Below, one piece after another: positions 46,789 through 56,769 of a stretch of 62,433 bases of DNA. The notes beneath the pieces were generated by a model. That model was not told the origin of the DNA. It was given only the letters and a program-made list of their open reading frames with translations, and did not search any database. This DNA comes from a virus. Lineage: Duplodnaviria > Caudoviricetes. The stretch's first letter is position 1. The number at the start of each line of letters is the position of its first letter. A program made the position numbers and the translations under genes. Location: the IMG/VR virus record IMGVR_UViG_3300044513_004371, positions 1-62,433 of that record. The stretch is one strand, 5' to 3'.

Positions 46789-47020
46789 ATATTATATCAT
46801 TTGCAATATCTGCTGTAAACTTTACACCAGATTCTTCTTCTATTTTATTTATCAGATCTTTTTCCAATGCTCTAAGCTTGTTTAGTCGCTCAAATAGCCC
46901 GTTCCTTTTAACGGTTAATTCATGCAATCTTTTATCAAGATCTTTATATTCTTGATGTATTTGACTAAACTCGTTAGATATTTCTAAGGCCTTGTTCTTT
47001 AATTCTGATGATATATTCAT
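46775..47020 (-). CDS. Coiled-coil hypothetical protein
   Basis: ORF in operon. Confidence 0.65.
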   Translation of the reverse strand: MNISSELKNKALEISNEFSQIHQEYKDLDKRLHELTVKRNGLFERLNKLRALEKDLINKIEEESGVKFTADIANDIIYEES

Positions 47021-48786
47021 TATTCTACTATTTTAACTTCGAGTGGACCTGATAACAATCTCTCTAGTTTCTTCAATCTACTTACAATTTCCGAATTATC
47101 AACAGTTGGCATGCTAGTCATAGAAGAACTCGAGGAATTGTTTTCAACGTTTTCCTCATTTTTAGTATTTGAACTGGATGTGTTTGTACTAGTGCTTACT
47201 GAATTAGACTCAGTTGAAGTTGAGCTATCAACCTCAGAAATATTAGATATTTGATTGCCTTCAGTATTTGACTCACTTCTTTCAGATATATTAGATATAT
47301 TAGTAATTGGAGAAGATAAGGATTTAGCCGATCTCTCAACTGTTTCAGATATGTTACTGGTTACTGATTCAACTGATGGAATACTCGCGCCGGTTTTAGA
47401 TTCTATAAAATCTTTCGCTGAATCCATTGAAAATCCTTCTGGGAGTCTATCAGATAAAGGTCTGCTTAATGCTCTTTCAATTTGATTATTAATAGGACTA
47501 TCTGACCCTGATTCAAGAACCTGGTTTAAGTTGGTTGTATTGCTTACTACGTCTGTTATTCCCCCTATAATGTCTCCGTCCTCAAATGAATCAGCTACAA
47601 CGGACTTTGCGCCTTCGAATATATTAGATATAGACGGAGTATTTCCACCCTTTTCTATTTCTAAAGTTTCAGCATCGCCAGGAGATGACTCAGGATTCAG
47701 TGAATCCCTAAGTCCCTTTAGCTTGCTTATGAAATCCTTTAAGCTGCCGACTTTTGGTTTTTCAGAGGTTACATTAGTATTGTTATTAACTGCTGTATTT
47801 TCTCCAGTAACGTTAGTTGTTGTATTATTAATATTAGAAGTCTCGTTAGATACTTCTGTTACGTTATCTTCAACTAGGTTGCTGGATATTTCAGAAATGG
47901 GACTCACAGCTGGTTGTTGATCTTGAACTTCTTCAGGTTCTTCAAGATCCTCAGCAAGGTCTGGCTGTTCTAAGTTTATATTGGCTACAATTGGCTCAGA
48001 CGGAGTTTCTTCAGCTTGCTCTATTTCAGGACCCGTCGTAGAAACTTCAGTAGTTACTTCTTCAGGTTCAACGTCCTCTGCTGGATTTATTGGGCTTATT
48101 TCTTCATCTGAAGATACTTCCTCTTCTAGAGACTCTGGCTCATTTAATGGGCTGGTCTCTTCCTCATTAGGCTCAACTTCCTCGCCTTGGGAAGCCCCTT
48201 CCATTTTTTCCTTAAGAGCTTCGTAAGCTTCTTGACTTGTTGTTACTTGACTTGGAGAACTGACATCATTGAGTTCGCTGTACGCTACGTCTTCAAATGA
48301 TTCATAGTCTTCAAATATTCGATTGATTAACGAATCTACGTTTGATCCTCCTAGAGATTGAGTTCTTAGAGCAGTTTCTGTTAACTTATTAGACAATCTA
48401 GATAGAGTTAGCTCAGCACCTTCTTCTTTAAGTTTCTCAGATTCCTGTAGATAATTTTGCGCACCTATCATGCGCTGGTCTGAATATCTAAGCTTGAATA
48501 ATCGACGTGCCTGACTCTTGAGAGGGTCTCCGAACTCTAATAGATTTACGAATCTAGGGTCAACTCCAGTTATGGCGTTTCCTTGTGCTCCACCCGTTGG
48601 GGCAGGAAATACTTCAAGGAAATTTTCTAAGATATCTCCACTTAAGCCTTCTTGAGCTTCATTCCATATCTTTTCAGCTTCGTCTAATTTCTCTTGAGCC
48701 TTTTCTATTTTAGATTGAGCTTTAGAGATATCTGCATCTACTCTTTCGTTAAATAGAGCTATAAAAGCGTTTAGTTTTTCACTCAC
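47020..48786 (-). CDS. Acidic low-complexity protein (possible tail/hub component)
   Basis: E/S/T/N rich; follows hub-assembly genes. Confidence 0.5.
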   Translation of the reverse strand: MSEKLNAFIALFNERVDADISKAQSKIEKAQEKLDEAEKIWNEAQEGLSGDILENFLEVFPAPTGGAQGNAITGVDPRFVNLLEFGDPLKSQARRLFKLRYSDQRMIGAQNYLQESEKLKEEGAELTLSRLSNKLTETALRTQSLGGSNVDSLINRIFEDYESFEDVAYSELNDVSSPSQVTTSQEAYEALKEKMEGASQGEEVEPNEEETSPLNEPESLEEEVSSDEEISPINPAEDVEPEEVTTEVSTTGPEIEQAEETPSEPIVANINLEQPDLAEDLEEPEEVQDQQPAVSPISEISSNLVEDNVTEVSNETSNINNTTTNVTGENTAVNNNTNVTSEKPKVGSLKDFISKLKGLRDSLNPESSPGDAETLEIEKGGNTPSISNIFEGAKSVVADSFEDGDIIGGITDVVSNTTNLNQVLESGSDSPINNQIERALSRPLSDRLPEGFSMDSAKDFIESKTGASIPSVESVTSNISETVERSAKSLSSPITNISNISERSESNTEGNQISNISEVDSSTSTESNSVSTSTNTSSSNTKNEENVENNSSSSSMTSMPTVDNSEIVSRLKKLERLLSGPLEVKIVE

Positions 48787-48809
48787 TTAGAGTATCTATT
48801 TTTTATTAT

Positions 48810-49049
48810 TTATTTGAGCTTTAAGTGAGAAGGTAAGTTAACTTTTAATGGAGAACCAGATGTATTTTTCTCAGATTCATTTATCTTTTGAATTTTCTCA
48901 TTGTGCTCCTCAATTTCCTCATTGACAATATTGAGCAATAGTGAATATTCAAAATATTCTAATTCATAAAGAGTGTCTAGGGACTGACCCAGCTTCACCG
49001 CTAATTGAGCATTAAGCTTAAATAAGTTCATCAAATCTAGCTGAAACAA
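48810..49049 (-). CDS. Small baseplate/tail assembly protein (ATG start possibly 49031)
   Basis: LDTLYELEYFEY...IVNEEIEEHN pattern typical of the gene after gp26-like genes. Confidence 0.55.
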   Translation of the reverse strand: MFQLDLMNLFKLNAQLAVKLGQSLDTLYELEYFEYSLLLNIVNEEIEEHNEKIQKINESEKNTSGSPLKVNLPSHLKLK

Positions 49050-50028
49050 TGAAAATATCCTTAACAGTGAAGCTTCCTCCCAAAAAAATATGGCTCTCCA
49101 TACTTTCCTTGCACTTTTCGCAAACTCCAGTTGCTTTATTTAAGGATGATTTTTTTATGTCTTCAGTAAATCTGTGAATTGCGCTGAACTTTTGATTAGA
49201 CCAGGAATTAGATTCCATTTTGAACTCGTGCAAATTCTCAGGTCTTATAGACCTCCATTCTGATAGAAGATAAGGTGCCATTGAATAAAATGACTTGTCA
49301 ATTTCAATTCCTCGGCTCTGGTCAAATTTTGCTCTTTTTTTCAACGCTGTGTTAATTCCACTAGTTGGCATGTAGAATCTTAGAGTCTCTTGAAGCTTTT
49401 CAGACGGTACAACAAAACATCTTTCAGAAGGATCATACCACTTAAGATATTCATCAGGTATGCTGAATCCTAATAGGTTTCTACTCGTCACTTGAATCTT
49501 ATTTACGTGCTTACACTTATCATTAGAACATCTAATATTTGCCATGAGTTTGTTTTCCTGATTCGGAAAAGTGAGCTCGTATATCCTAAACAAAATGTGA
49601 TATCTATCTACTGCTATAAAATCATTAAAATTGAAGGGTCTAGGATTTCCCTTAATTTTAAATTTAGTACAAGCATTTAGAACAAAGTTTATCTTTTCTT
49701 CAACGTCAACTGGATCGTGTTCATCCATAGTAGACCAATGTCTAATCTCCTTTGTTTTCGCTGAACGTATAAGGAGCTCCATATTTTCAGGGTAGAACAT
49801 ACCCTTAGAAGGGAGAAGATCTAAATTTAATATCTTCCATGGAGATTCTTCTGAGGCGCTCATCTCACTTGCCTCATACGATTTTGCTTTACCTAGAGAT
49901 GTCGGAGAAGCTTCTACCTTAATTTCAGCCTCCTCTGTTTGTTTATTGATATCGACGTTTATTCCTCCCTCTTTATCAAGAGCATCTAGATGGGAAATAG
50001 CATCCATATCGTCAATTGGATCACTCAT
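49018..50028 (-). CDS. Baseplate hub assembly protein (T4 gp26-like)
   Basis: LPSKGMFYP, DRYHILFRI, CSNDKC, CEKC. Confidence 0.65.
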   Translation of the reverse strand: MSDPIDDMDAISHLDALDKEGGINVDINKQTEEAEIKVEASPTSLGKAKSYEASEMSASEESPWKILNLDLLPSKGMFYPENMELLIRSAKTKEIRHWSTMDEHDPVDVEEKINFVLNACTKFKIKGNPRPFNFNDFIAVDRYHILFRIYELTFPNQENKLMANIRCSNDKCKHVNKIQVTSRNLLGFSIPDEYLKWYDPSERCFVVPSEKLQETLRFYMPTSGINTALKKRAKFDQSRGIEIDKSFYSMAPYLLSEWRSIRPENLHEFKMESNSWSNQKFSAIHRFTEDIKKSSLNKATGVCEKCKESMESHIFLGGSFTVKDIFIVSARFDELI

Positions 50029-50051
50029 AACATGTTGTGATTTTTTATAAA

Positions 50052-50079
50052 ATTATACCAGTAAATTGACATGTGGTTT
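50052..50079 (-). promoter_or_regulatory. Class-2 promoter AAACC-N16-GTATAAT
   Basis: Upstream of 50028 start. Confidence 0.6.
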
Positions 50080-50105
50080 CAGGATTATACCTTAGATTGA
50101 TTATC

Positions 50106-50582
50106 TTAGGATCCTAAAAATTCAGAAAAACTCTTGGCTTTCCATGGGCTTGATTCATATAGGCGTTCCATTGAATCTACATATATTTCCATGATCTCTA
50201 GAGTACTAGGGTCTTTGATGTATACTTTTATCGTATTATCTCTATAGTTGACCTCAACTTTATTTAGTTTGCCAACTACTGTTCTTCCTTTGTCTGAATC
50301 GATCTGAGAATTCACCAAGGTCCCTCTAACCCTATCTCCAGGTTGATAGTAATACTTTATTAGATTTACGTTTCTATCAAAATCTCCAATCCCAGGATCT
50401 CCCTTTCTAGACATATCACTGAGTGGCAGACTTTTTATTGATACTCCTGGAGTAAATTGGCTTTTACCAGTAACGAAATTAAAATCACCCTTTTCTCCAT
50501 AGAAAGGTAAACCACGCATGTGGTCCCTATTCTGGAAGGCAGTCATTGCCCCAGCTGACATATTTTCGTTAATCCTCTTCAT
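50106..50582 (-). CDS. Hypothetical late protein
   Basis: MKRINE start, C-terminal KSFSEF. Confidence 0.7.
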   Translation of the reverse strand: MKRINENMSAGAMTAFQNRDHMRGLPFYGEKGDFNFVTGKSQFTPGVSIKSLPLSDMSRKGDPGIGDFDRNVNLIKYYYQPGDRVRGTLVNSQIDSDKGRTVVGKLNKVEVNYRDNTIKVYIKDPSTLEIMEIYVDSMERLYESSPWKAKSFSEFLGS

Positions 50583-50989
50583 TAGAATGATGCTGGATAG
50601 TGTCTACTTCTATGACCGAAAACTTTAGCGCTTGCTCCTGCATCTACTGTAGTTCCAGAACCATTAGTAAACTCGTATTTTTGAAGCCAGATATCTAAAA
50701 TAGGTTCATTAGTAAACCTAGACTTTGGATATTCTACTACATTGTCATCGTCATTATCTAATCCCCAAATCTTAATTCCGTTAGCAGTTCCAAAGTTTAA
50801 AACCTCAATTCTAAATATAGGTCCATGAGCGTTTCCAACTTTATCAGCAGCCGTTGGTCCTCCAACTTGTGCATATTTTAGGGTTGTCTTTGTTACGTCC
50901 ACTTGTCTTCGATCAGTGCTAATCCACACTGGAGAATAGGATGTCGCGGCGGTTAATTCTAGAATTTCAGTAGGTGTACTTGCGTTCAT
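50582..50989 (-). CDS. Hypothetical (probable structural) protein
   Basis: ORF in operon. Confidence 0.65.
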   Translation of the reverse strand: MNASTPTEILELTAATSYSPVWISTDRRQVDVTKTTLKYAQVGGPTAADKVGNAHGPIFRIEVLNFGTANGIKIWGLDNDDDNVVEYPKSRFTNEPILDIWLQKYEFTNGSGTTVDAGASAKVFGHRSRHYPASF

Positions 50990-51006
50990 CTTAGTTGATT
51001 TTTATT

Positions 51007-51537
51007 TTATTGTGACTCCCCAAATATAACCATTCCAGTAATTTTTACTTTATAGTCATTTGGGTTTACTATCTTTATTCTATTTATCAATTCAGTTGGG
51101 TCATTTGACTTAGGATTGGTGAACATCATGAACAGATTATATAGAGGATACTTCTTATATTGCAATGTAGCAACATCTTCGATCCACAGTTCTACACTCT
51201 TATCAACTATCGATATTTCTTCTCCATTGTCATCATTGATAGGGTATGTAACCTTTATCAATACACCCCTTGCATAATTTTGACCCTTAGTTAGAGTAGA
51301 CGCTGGAGATCCAACTGAAATAATTTCATTATCAAAGAGAGTAGATTCTCCGTTTGATACGTTTAGATTTATATCTAGGCACGAGTATCCGTCAGATGGA
51401 AAAGCGAAATCCCCAAGACAAAAAGATCCTTTGGTATCTGCTCCGTCGACTACTTTGAAACACTTATCTTCAAATAATTGAAGTATTGCCTGATCTGAAT
51501 CACAGCAATCACATACGTTATTAATCTTAGGTAGCAT
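51007..51537 (-). CDS. Hypothetical (probable structural) protein
   Basis: ORF in operon. Confidence 0.65.
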   Translation of the reverse strand: MLPKINNVCDCCDSDQAILQLFEDKCFKVVDGADTKGSFCLGDFAFPSDGYSCLDINLNVSNGESTLFDNEIISVGSPASTLTKGQNYARGVLIKVTYPINDDNGEEISIVDKSVELWIEDVATLQYKKYPLYNLFMMFTNPKSNDPTELINRIKIVNPNDYKVKITGMVIFGESQ

Positions 51538-52289
51538 TATAGATTGGTTTTTTTGTTTATTTTTTCGCTAGCAATCCATTCATCTGATCTTTTAGGTTTA
51601 ATTTCAGGCTTTTTAGAGGCCTTAATTAAATTCTTATCTCTCTGCTTTAGAAAGCTTCTATAGTTATCCATTATATCTTCATCTGATATTCCGTCCATAG
51701 ATCCTTTAGTTTGTCCCCATATATTCAAGGCTTCTCTAAATTCTGCCTGATCATACTTTTCTCCACTATTTCTAACATCTTCAACTATCTCCTCTACTTC
51801 TTCAGCTTTAGGCTCATCTAAGTCTGACTCTAAATCTGTGAACTTTATGTAGTAATGAAGAGCAGTAAGCGACATAAGAGGAAGTGTTCCCCCTTGAACT
51901 ATAGCTAAAAGTCTCCGGTGGTCAGTTGCATTCCAATCCTCGAAGAAAGGATATATTAAGTCTACCCATGCTAAAAAATCTGCGCTAGTTATATCAATAT
52001 CCTTGTATTCAAAGAATATGTTTCCTACAATTTGAATAAAGGTGACCAATCCAAATAGAAACCAGATTGATGCTCGGTTTATTTTAATTGTTGCAGCAGC
52101 AACAGAAGAAAGGGCAAATATTTCTATCGCGATTGATAGGTATACTGCCCAGCTAATTGGATTACCAAGATCATACCAGCTCACAACGTGGCTGATCGAC
52201 ATTATTACTACTAATAATATCGGGAGCAAAAAAGTATTTCGTATTACAACATTTTTATTGTTCTTAATCCAGTTAATCATTAGATTCAA
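51537..52289 (-). CDS. Multi-pass membrane protein
   Basis: About four TM helices in N-terminal half. Confidence 0.7.
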   Translation of the reverse strand: MNLMINWIKNNKNVVIRNTFLLPILLVVIMSISHVVSWYDLGNPISWAVYLSIAIEIFALSSVAAATIKINRASIWFLFGLVTFIQIVGNIFFEYKDIDITSADFLAWVDLIYPFFEDWNATDHRRLLAIVQGGTLPLMSLTALHYYIKFTDLESDLDEPKAEEVEEIVEDVRNSGEKYDQAEFREALNIWGQTKGSMDGISDEDIMDNYRSFLKQRDKNLIKASKKPEIKPKRSDEWIASEKINKKTNL

Positions 52290-52584
52290 TCTTGTTCTTT
52301 ATCTGAGATAGACTTGTTTTGCCTCTATCTAAATCATCTTCATATATAAGATAATTCAGCATTACACGCTCCATCTCATCCTTCAGCTCTTTTTTGGTGA
52401 AGGTTTTTTCCTTTAAAGCGCTAATTTCGCTATTTAAGGAATCAATTGCCACGTGCACGTCGTCAACATTATTGTTAATCTTAGAAACCTTTTTAGACGT
52501 ACATCCTTTACCTAGGAATAGAAAAAAGAACACGATTGCAAGAATTTGCCATGCCCACTTTTTCACATTATCAACTAATTTCAT
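52273..52584 (-). CDS. Putative lipoprotein with coiled coil
   Basis: TM ending GKGC. Confidence 0.6.
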   Translation of the reverse strand: MKLVDNVKKWAWQILAIVFFFLFLGKGCTSKKVSKINNNVDDVHVAIDSLNSEISALKEKTFTKKELKDEMERVMLNYLIYEDDLDRGKTSLSQIKNKIESND

Positions 52585-52609
52585 AATAATGACTTTTTAT
52601 TATTTATCT

Positions 52610-53071
52610 TTAAAATACCAACGCAATCACCGATAACATGATTCCTATGACAACAGGAAAATAAGCTAAGGAGTAATAAAACTGGTTCTTTGAGTATCCT
52701 TTATCAGAGAATTTTATTTGAACTATGTATCCATAGAATTCTTCGGTTCTAACTCTATCATAATCAGCAATAACTGAGTCTAGAACCGATTCCTTTTGTA
52801 AAAAATCGGTGTATTTTCTCATTTTATCCGAGATAAACTTGAGCTCAGCTGATTCCTGAGTAGATTCATCATAGATCAGAAGTTCAGGATTAAGATTAAT
52901 CCCGACGTAGAGAAAGTCTTTTTCTCTTTTTAGACCTATAGCCTCGAGCTTTCCTTCTTCTTCCAATGATTTTATGATCTGAGAATACCTTCTCTTATTT
53001 TTTAGAATTCTCAGAGATTTAGAAATAGTCTTTACTATTCTAGATGGATATAAGTAGTCTTTAATGTTCAT
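52610..53071 (-). CDS. Protein with C-terminal TM
   Basis: ORF coupled to ECF-like sigma. Confidence 0.65.
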   Translation of the reverse strand: MNIKDYLYPSRIVKTISKSLRILKNKRRYSQIIKSLEEEGKLEAIGLKREKDFLYVGINLNPELLIYDESTQESAELKFISDKMRKYTDFLQKESVLDSVIADYDRVRTEEFYGYIVQIKFSDKGYSKNQFYYSLAYFPVVIGIMLSVIALVF

Positions 53072-53700
53072 ATCTTAAATAAATGATTTAGCACTTCTTT
53101 TAGATTTGGATTTTCCTTGATCACCTTTGTTTTGATGTCAGATCTAATCTTTCGAAGCTTTGTTTTGATTGTATTCTCGTTGATATCATATTTAACTGCA
53201 ATTGATTTTACTCGATCATTATTTATCATCTTATCAATCGCGATGCCCTTTAGTGTTGGATCCTCTATCTTATAGATTTCGGCAATCGTAATTTCATACA
53301 GAGCATCAAATTCTTCCTCAAATCCTCCAACTTCTTCAGTTGTAAATCCGGCAAAACCATCATACATATCGTCAAGACTAACTCCACTGTCCTTCTTCTT
53401 TTTATGTAAGTAGAAGAGGGTCTCATTTCTTGCTATACTGTAGACCCAAGTAGTGAACTTAGCCCTACTTGGGTCAAACTTTTCAACGTTATTAAATATC
53501 TTCTTAAAGGACCACTGCAGGGCTTCAGACGTATCGTCATCGTTTTTACAGATGGACCATATGTAATACCTAAGCTTTGGATAAACTAAGCCAGCAAGCT
53601 CGTTTCTTTGACGTTCAGTTATAGTTTTTTGATGTAGTCCGATTGCGATTTCTTGAATTCTTTCATTGATTATTTGGTTAGGTGTCTTATTGGATATCAT
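53068..53700 (-). CDS. ECF-like sigma-70 factor
   Basis: FDPSRAKFTTWVYSIARN; IAVKYDINENTIKTKLRKIR. Confidence 0.85.
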   Translation of the reverse strand: MISNKTPNQIINERIQEIAIGLHQKTITERQRNELAGLVYPKLRYYIWSICKNDDDTSEALQWSFKKIFNNVEKFDPSRAKFTTWVYSIARNETLFYLHKKKKDSGVSLDDMYDGFAGFTTEEVGGFEEEFDALYEITIAEIYKIEDPTLKGIAIDKMINNDRVKSIAVKYDINENTIKTKLRKIRSDIKTKVIKENPNLKEVLNHLFKI

Positions 53701-54034
53701 ATTCTATTGGTTGCTTATCTTTTAATTGGTTTATTATGTCTACACACTCTTGGCACTTCTCATACTCTTCGATTAATTCAAAGAATGAGATGCATTTTTC
53801 AAGGCTTGGAACAAACTTTTCTCGGTTGAGATTTACCGAATAGTCAATGTCCTTTGTTGAAATGCTAATGACTCCAATATTGTCACTAGATGGATTTTTG
53901 TAATTTTCGCGGATGGAATAGAGAACCTGATTGTAGATATCTTCTTCGTGTGTCTTAAAGATGTCGTCCAGTGTCTCTCCGCCGGTAGAATGTATCTTCT
54001 TCATTGCTGGCATAGGATTAACGTTGTTATACAA
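53687..54034 (-). CDS. UVR-motif protein (true start likely 54013 or 54004)
   Basis: FELIEEYEKCQEC; TATATTTG host-type promoter at 54032-54039. Confidence 0.65.
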   Translation of the reverse strand: MYNNVNPMPAMKKIHSTGGETLDDIFKTHEEDIYNQVLYSIRENYKNPSSDNIGVISISTKDIDYSVNLNREKFVPSLEKCISFFELIEEYEKCQECVDIINQLKDKQPIEYDIQ

Positions 54035-54054
54035 ATATAATACTTAAAACAATG

Positions 54055-56031
54055 TTAAGATTTAAAAAATTTAGATCTTATTTTTTCTATTTGATCTAGT
54101 GTGTCTATGTCGAATACGTTTTTGGAATGATTTTTAGCCCCTGGGCCAAATGCTTTAGGTGAATTCATCCTTCTAATTTCATCAAAATCAAACCCCGAGC
54201 CTCTTCCATCTCCCCTACTTAAGCTGAATACTCTTTCTTCTACTTCTTTAGAATACTCATCTCCCATTCTTTCGTAGGTCTCAACTGCTATTTCCCAAAA
54301 CTGACTTGACTCGAATATTGAAGACATGTTAACGGACGTCATGGCTAAATCGTCATTTCCGTTTTGTCCTCGATATACTCCGCCTGTAGATTTTCCAAAA
54401 GATCCAAGCTCGGATATTGTGTACTCGTCATTTGGAATAATTCTATTAATAGAAACTAGGTATTTAAATTTTTCGCAATATTTAATTTTATTAGTTGGCC
54501 CTAGACGTAAGCCAGGCTTAAAGGAAACGGCAGCCTGGGTATGCTTAGTGTATATTATTTGACCTGGCCAATATTGATCATTTTCTCTAAATTGGTTTAA
54601 TAGTATGTCACCCTTATGATTCAATTCGAGCACAATTCTAGTATTGTCTGGATTGAATACATTATAGATTATGTTTTCACATGCTATAGTAAACTGATTT
54701 ATGTCCAATTGGTTTGATCTTAGATATCCAATTTGCACAAGCGATATTGCGTCTACCTCGTTCTTAACAACTTCCTTCTTTTTAACTAATTCACCTACTG
54801 GAAGTGCTACAGTCTTGTATATGTTTAGGACTGAATAATCTGCTCCAATTCCGTCAGCGGTGTCTATGCTAAATACGTAAATGGACTCATCGCTTTTAAA
54901 TTGATCTACCGTCCAATTCGAATACTTTTTATGAAAGAAAATATATTCATTAAAATAGAACATTTCCTCATTTAAAAATATATTATTATTAACGTATTCT
55001 TGTTTAATAATATCTAGTTTTCTTAGGTCTTTAGAGTTCAGCAATAATTTATCAGAAGAATGGAACTGAAGTCCGTATTCCTGGTTAAAATCTTCAACCG
55101 ATCCAAGGTCTGCAATTTTCTGTTTTTTCCAATCCTCATCTCTTCCTGGAATCTGCCACCAGTCTACTCGAATTGGATAATAACTAGATTCCCTATTTAC
55201 TGCATCCTTCCAAATTTCCCAGAATTTATTTTTTCCATTTGGTGTAGATGTTATTATGATTCTCCCGTTCGGGTCAGCTGTAACTGTAGGGAATATTGCC
55301 CTGTAAAAATCGTCTAGGTTAGCATCATTAATGTGAGCAAACTCGTCGATGTAAAGTAAGTTAACTGTTAAACCAATACCTGATTTCTTAGTTGTTGTTC
55401 TACCAACCAGTCTACTATTAGAATCAAATTTGATATTACTTTGATTAATAGTATCAATTCCAGGTTTCATGTAAAAAGGAAGACCTTCAAGAGCTATTCT
55501 AAATTTATCGATAAGTTCTTTGGTCGTTGTGAAATTATCTGCAACACATAAAGCTGTTTTTTCAGGGTGAAATAATAAAAACCAGAGCATGAAGATAGCA
55601 GACGTCACAGTTTTACCTGTCTGTCTACTTGCCATTAGAATATTTAACGGATTATCTTTATATGCCTTTAGTATTTGTTCTTGGAAATCCCTGAGTCCTC
55701 CAGCATCTTTTAAAATCTTTCTACCGCCGGGTGTAGTTATAACACAGTAGTTTATCGCAAAGTATAACAAGCTGGATTTACATTTTGCTAGCTCTTTTAT
55801 TTCATCAGGTGTATATTCAAATGGCAGGTTTTCTCTTCTTAGATTTATGTCGTTATCTTTAAATGGAGACATTCCAAGCTTTCTAACATCCTTTACACCG
55901 TTATTAATATCATCAACTAATTGATTTATCTTTTCAGTAGTCCAGATATAATTATTCTCCTTAGGATCTCCTCCCATCGCAGATATCCTAGTTGAGGAGA
56001 AGCCTCCTGATGTAGACATTATATCCTTCAT
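54055..56031 (-). CDS. terL: Terminase large subunit (T4 gp17-like)
   Basis: ASRQTGKT, YIDEFAH, ITSTPNG, IDTADGIGADYS, NDDLAM. Confidence 0.93.
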   Translation of the reverse strand: MKDIMSTSGGFSSTRISAMGGDPKENNYIWTTEKINQLVDDINNGVKDVRKLGMSPFKDNDINLRRENLPFEYTPDEIKELAKCKSSLLYFAINYCVITTPGGRKILKDAGGLRDFQEQILKAYKDNPLNILMASRQTGKTVTSAIFMLWFLLFHPEKTALCVADNFTTTKELIDKFRIALEGLPFYMKPGIDTINQSNIKFDSNSRLVGRTTTKKSGIGLTVNLLYIDEFAHINDANLDDFYRAIFPTVTADPNGRIIITSTPNGKNKFWEIWKDAVNRESSYYPIRVDWWQIPGRDEDWKKQKIADLGSVEDFNQEYGLQFHSSDKLLLNSKDLRKLDIIKQEYVNNNIFLNEEMFYFNEYIFFHKKYSNWTVDQFKSDESIYVFSIDTADGIGADYSVLNIYKTVALPVGELVKKKEVVKNEVDAISLVQIGYLRSNQLDINQFTIACENIIYNVFNPDNTRIVLELNHKGDILLNQFRENDQYWPGQIIYTKHTQAAVSFKPGLRLGPTNKIKYCEKFKYLVSINRIIPNDEYTISELGSFGKSTGGVYRGQNGNDDLAMTSVNMSSIFESSQFWEIAVETYERMGDEYSKEVEERVFSLSRGDGRGSGFDFDEIRRMNSPKAFGPGAKNHSKNVFDIDTLDQIEKIRSKFFKS

Positions 56032-56040
56032 AGATTAAAT

Positions 56041-56769
56041 TTAAATAATTTCGGTCAAATCGATAAAGTCATCTCCCTCAGACTGATTATTATCCGTGGA
56101 TATGTCTAAATCTGTTTTCTTTAGAAGATGATCCTTGTTTCTGGGATCTATCAAACTGATGTCTCCGTCCTCATCAGTCACTGTAGACTCAGGAAGACTT
56201 TCTATAACGTTCTTAGTTCCAACTGATACGAAAAATTTTCCCTCAGAGGTTGAAGATTCTACTTTAACTGAATCTGGATTAGCAGGTGCTTCATTATTAA
56301 GCTTCTTATAAGTATCTTCTAGAAACAGAATATAATTGGCTTGCATCTTGGTTATGTTTGCCATTTTATCTTGTAATTGTCCCATTACCTCTAAAAGCCT
56401 AGGATGGGTATTGCCCGAAGATATTTCTTCCATCACTTTCATGATGGTTATTTTTAAGGTTTTAAGTTGAAAAAATAGATTCGATATATTGATAGTATCT
56501 ATTTCTTTCTTGTGTCGAGCATAGTCGTTTTTTTCGAAGATTCCTATATCTACGAAATTCTTAAAAAGGGAATCAGTTATACTTCTTGCTTTTTCGGTAA
56601 ACTGATCGCTCATTTCTTCAAAATCGTGAGCGCTCTCTGCTTGAAGTTCCTCAGACAATTGATTATCAATTAGCATGTCCTCGTTATCAGAACTAATAGT
56701 GCTTAATAGATTTTCAATTTCGTTTTTAAGGTGCTTTCTATTTTCTTTGCTTATTTTTCCTTCTGACAT
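56041..56769 (-). CDS. Hypothetical protein upstream of terL (possible small terminase)
   Basis: Position; helical; HPRLLEVMGQL resembles the T4 gp16-type central motif. Confidence 0.45.
   Translation of the reverse strand: MSEGKISKENRKHLKNEIENLLSTISSDNEDMLIDNQLSEELQAESAHDFEEMSDQFTEKARSITDSLFKNFVDIGIFEKNDYARHKKEIDTINISNLFFQLKTLKITIMKVMEEISSGNTHPRLLEVMGQLQDKMANITKMQANYILFLEDTYKKLNNEAPANPDSVKVESSTSEGKFFVSVGTKNVIESLPESTVTDEDGDISLIDPRNKDHLLKKTDLDISTDNNQSEGDDFIDLTEII

Noticed and set aside
47020-48786. Tape measure protein call
   Set aside because: The position is suggestive, but the sequence is acidic low-complexity rather than long helical repeats; left unassigned
54055-56031. Intein or intron in terL
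   Set aside because: Single continuous ORF with ATPase and nuclease motifs in order; no intein terminal residues or homing endonuclease motifs seen
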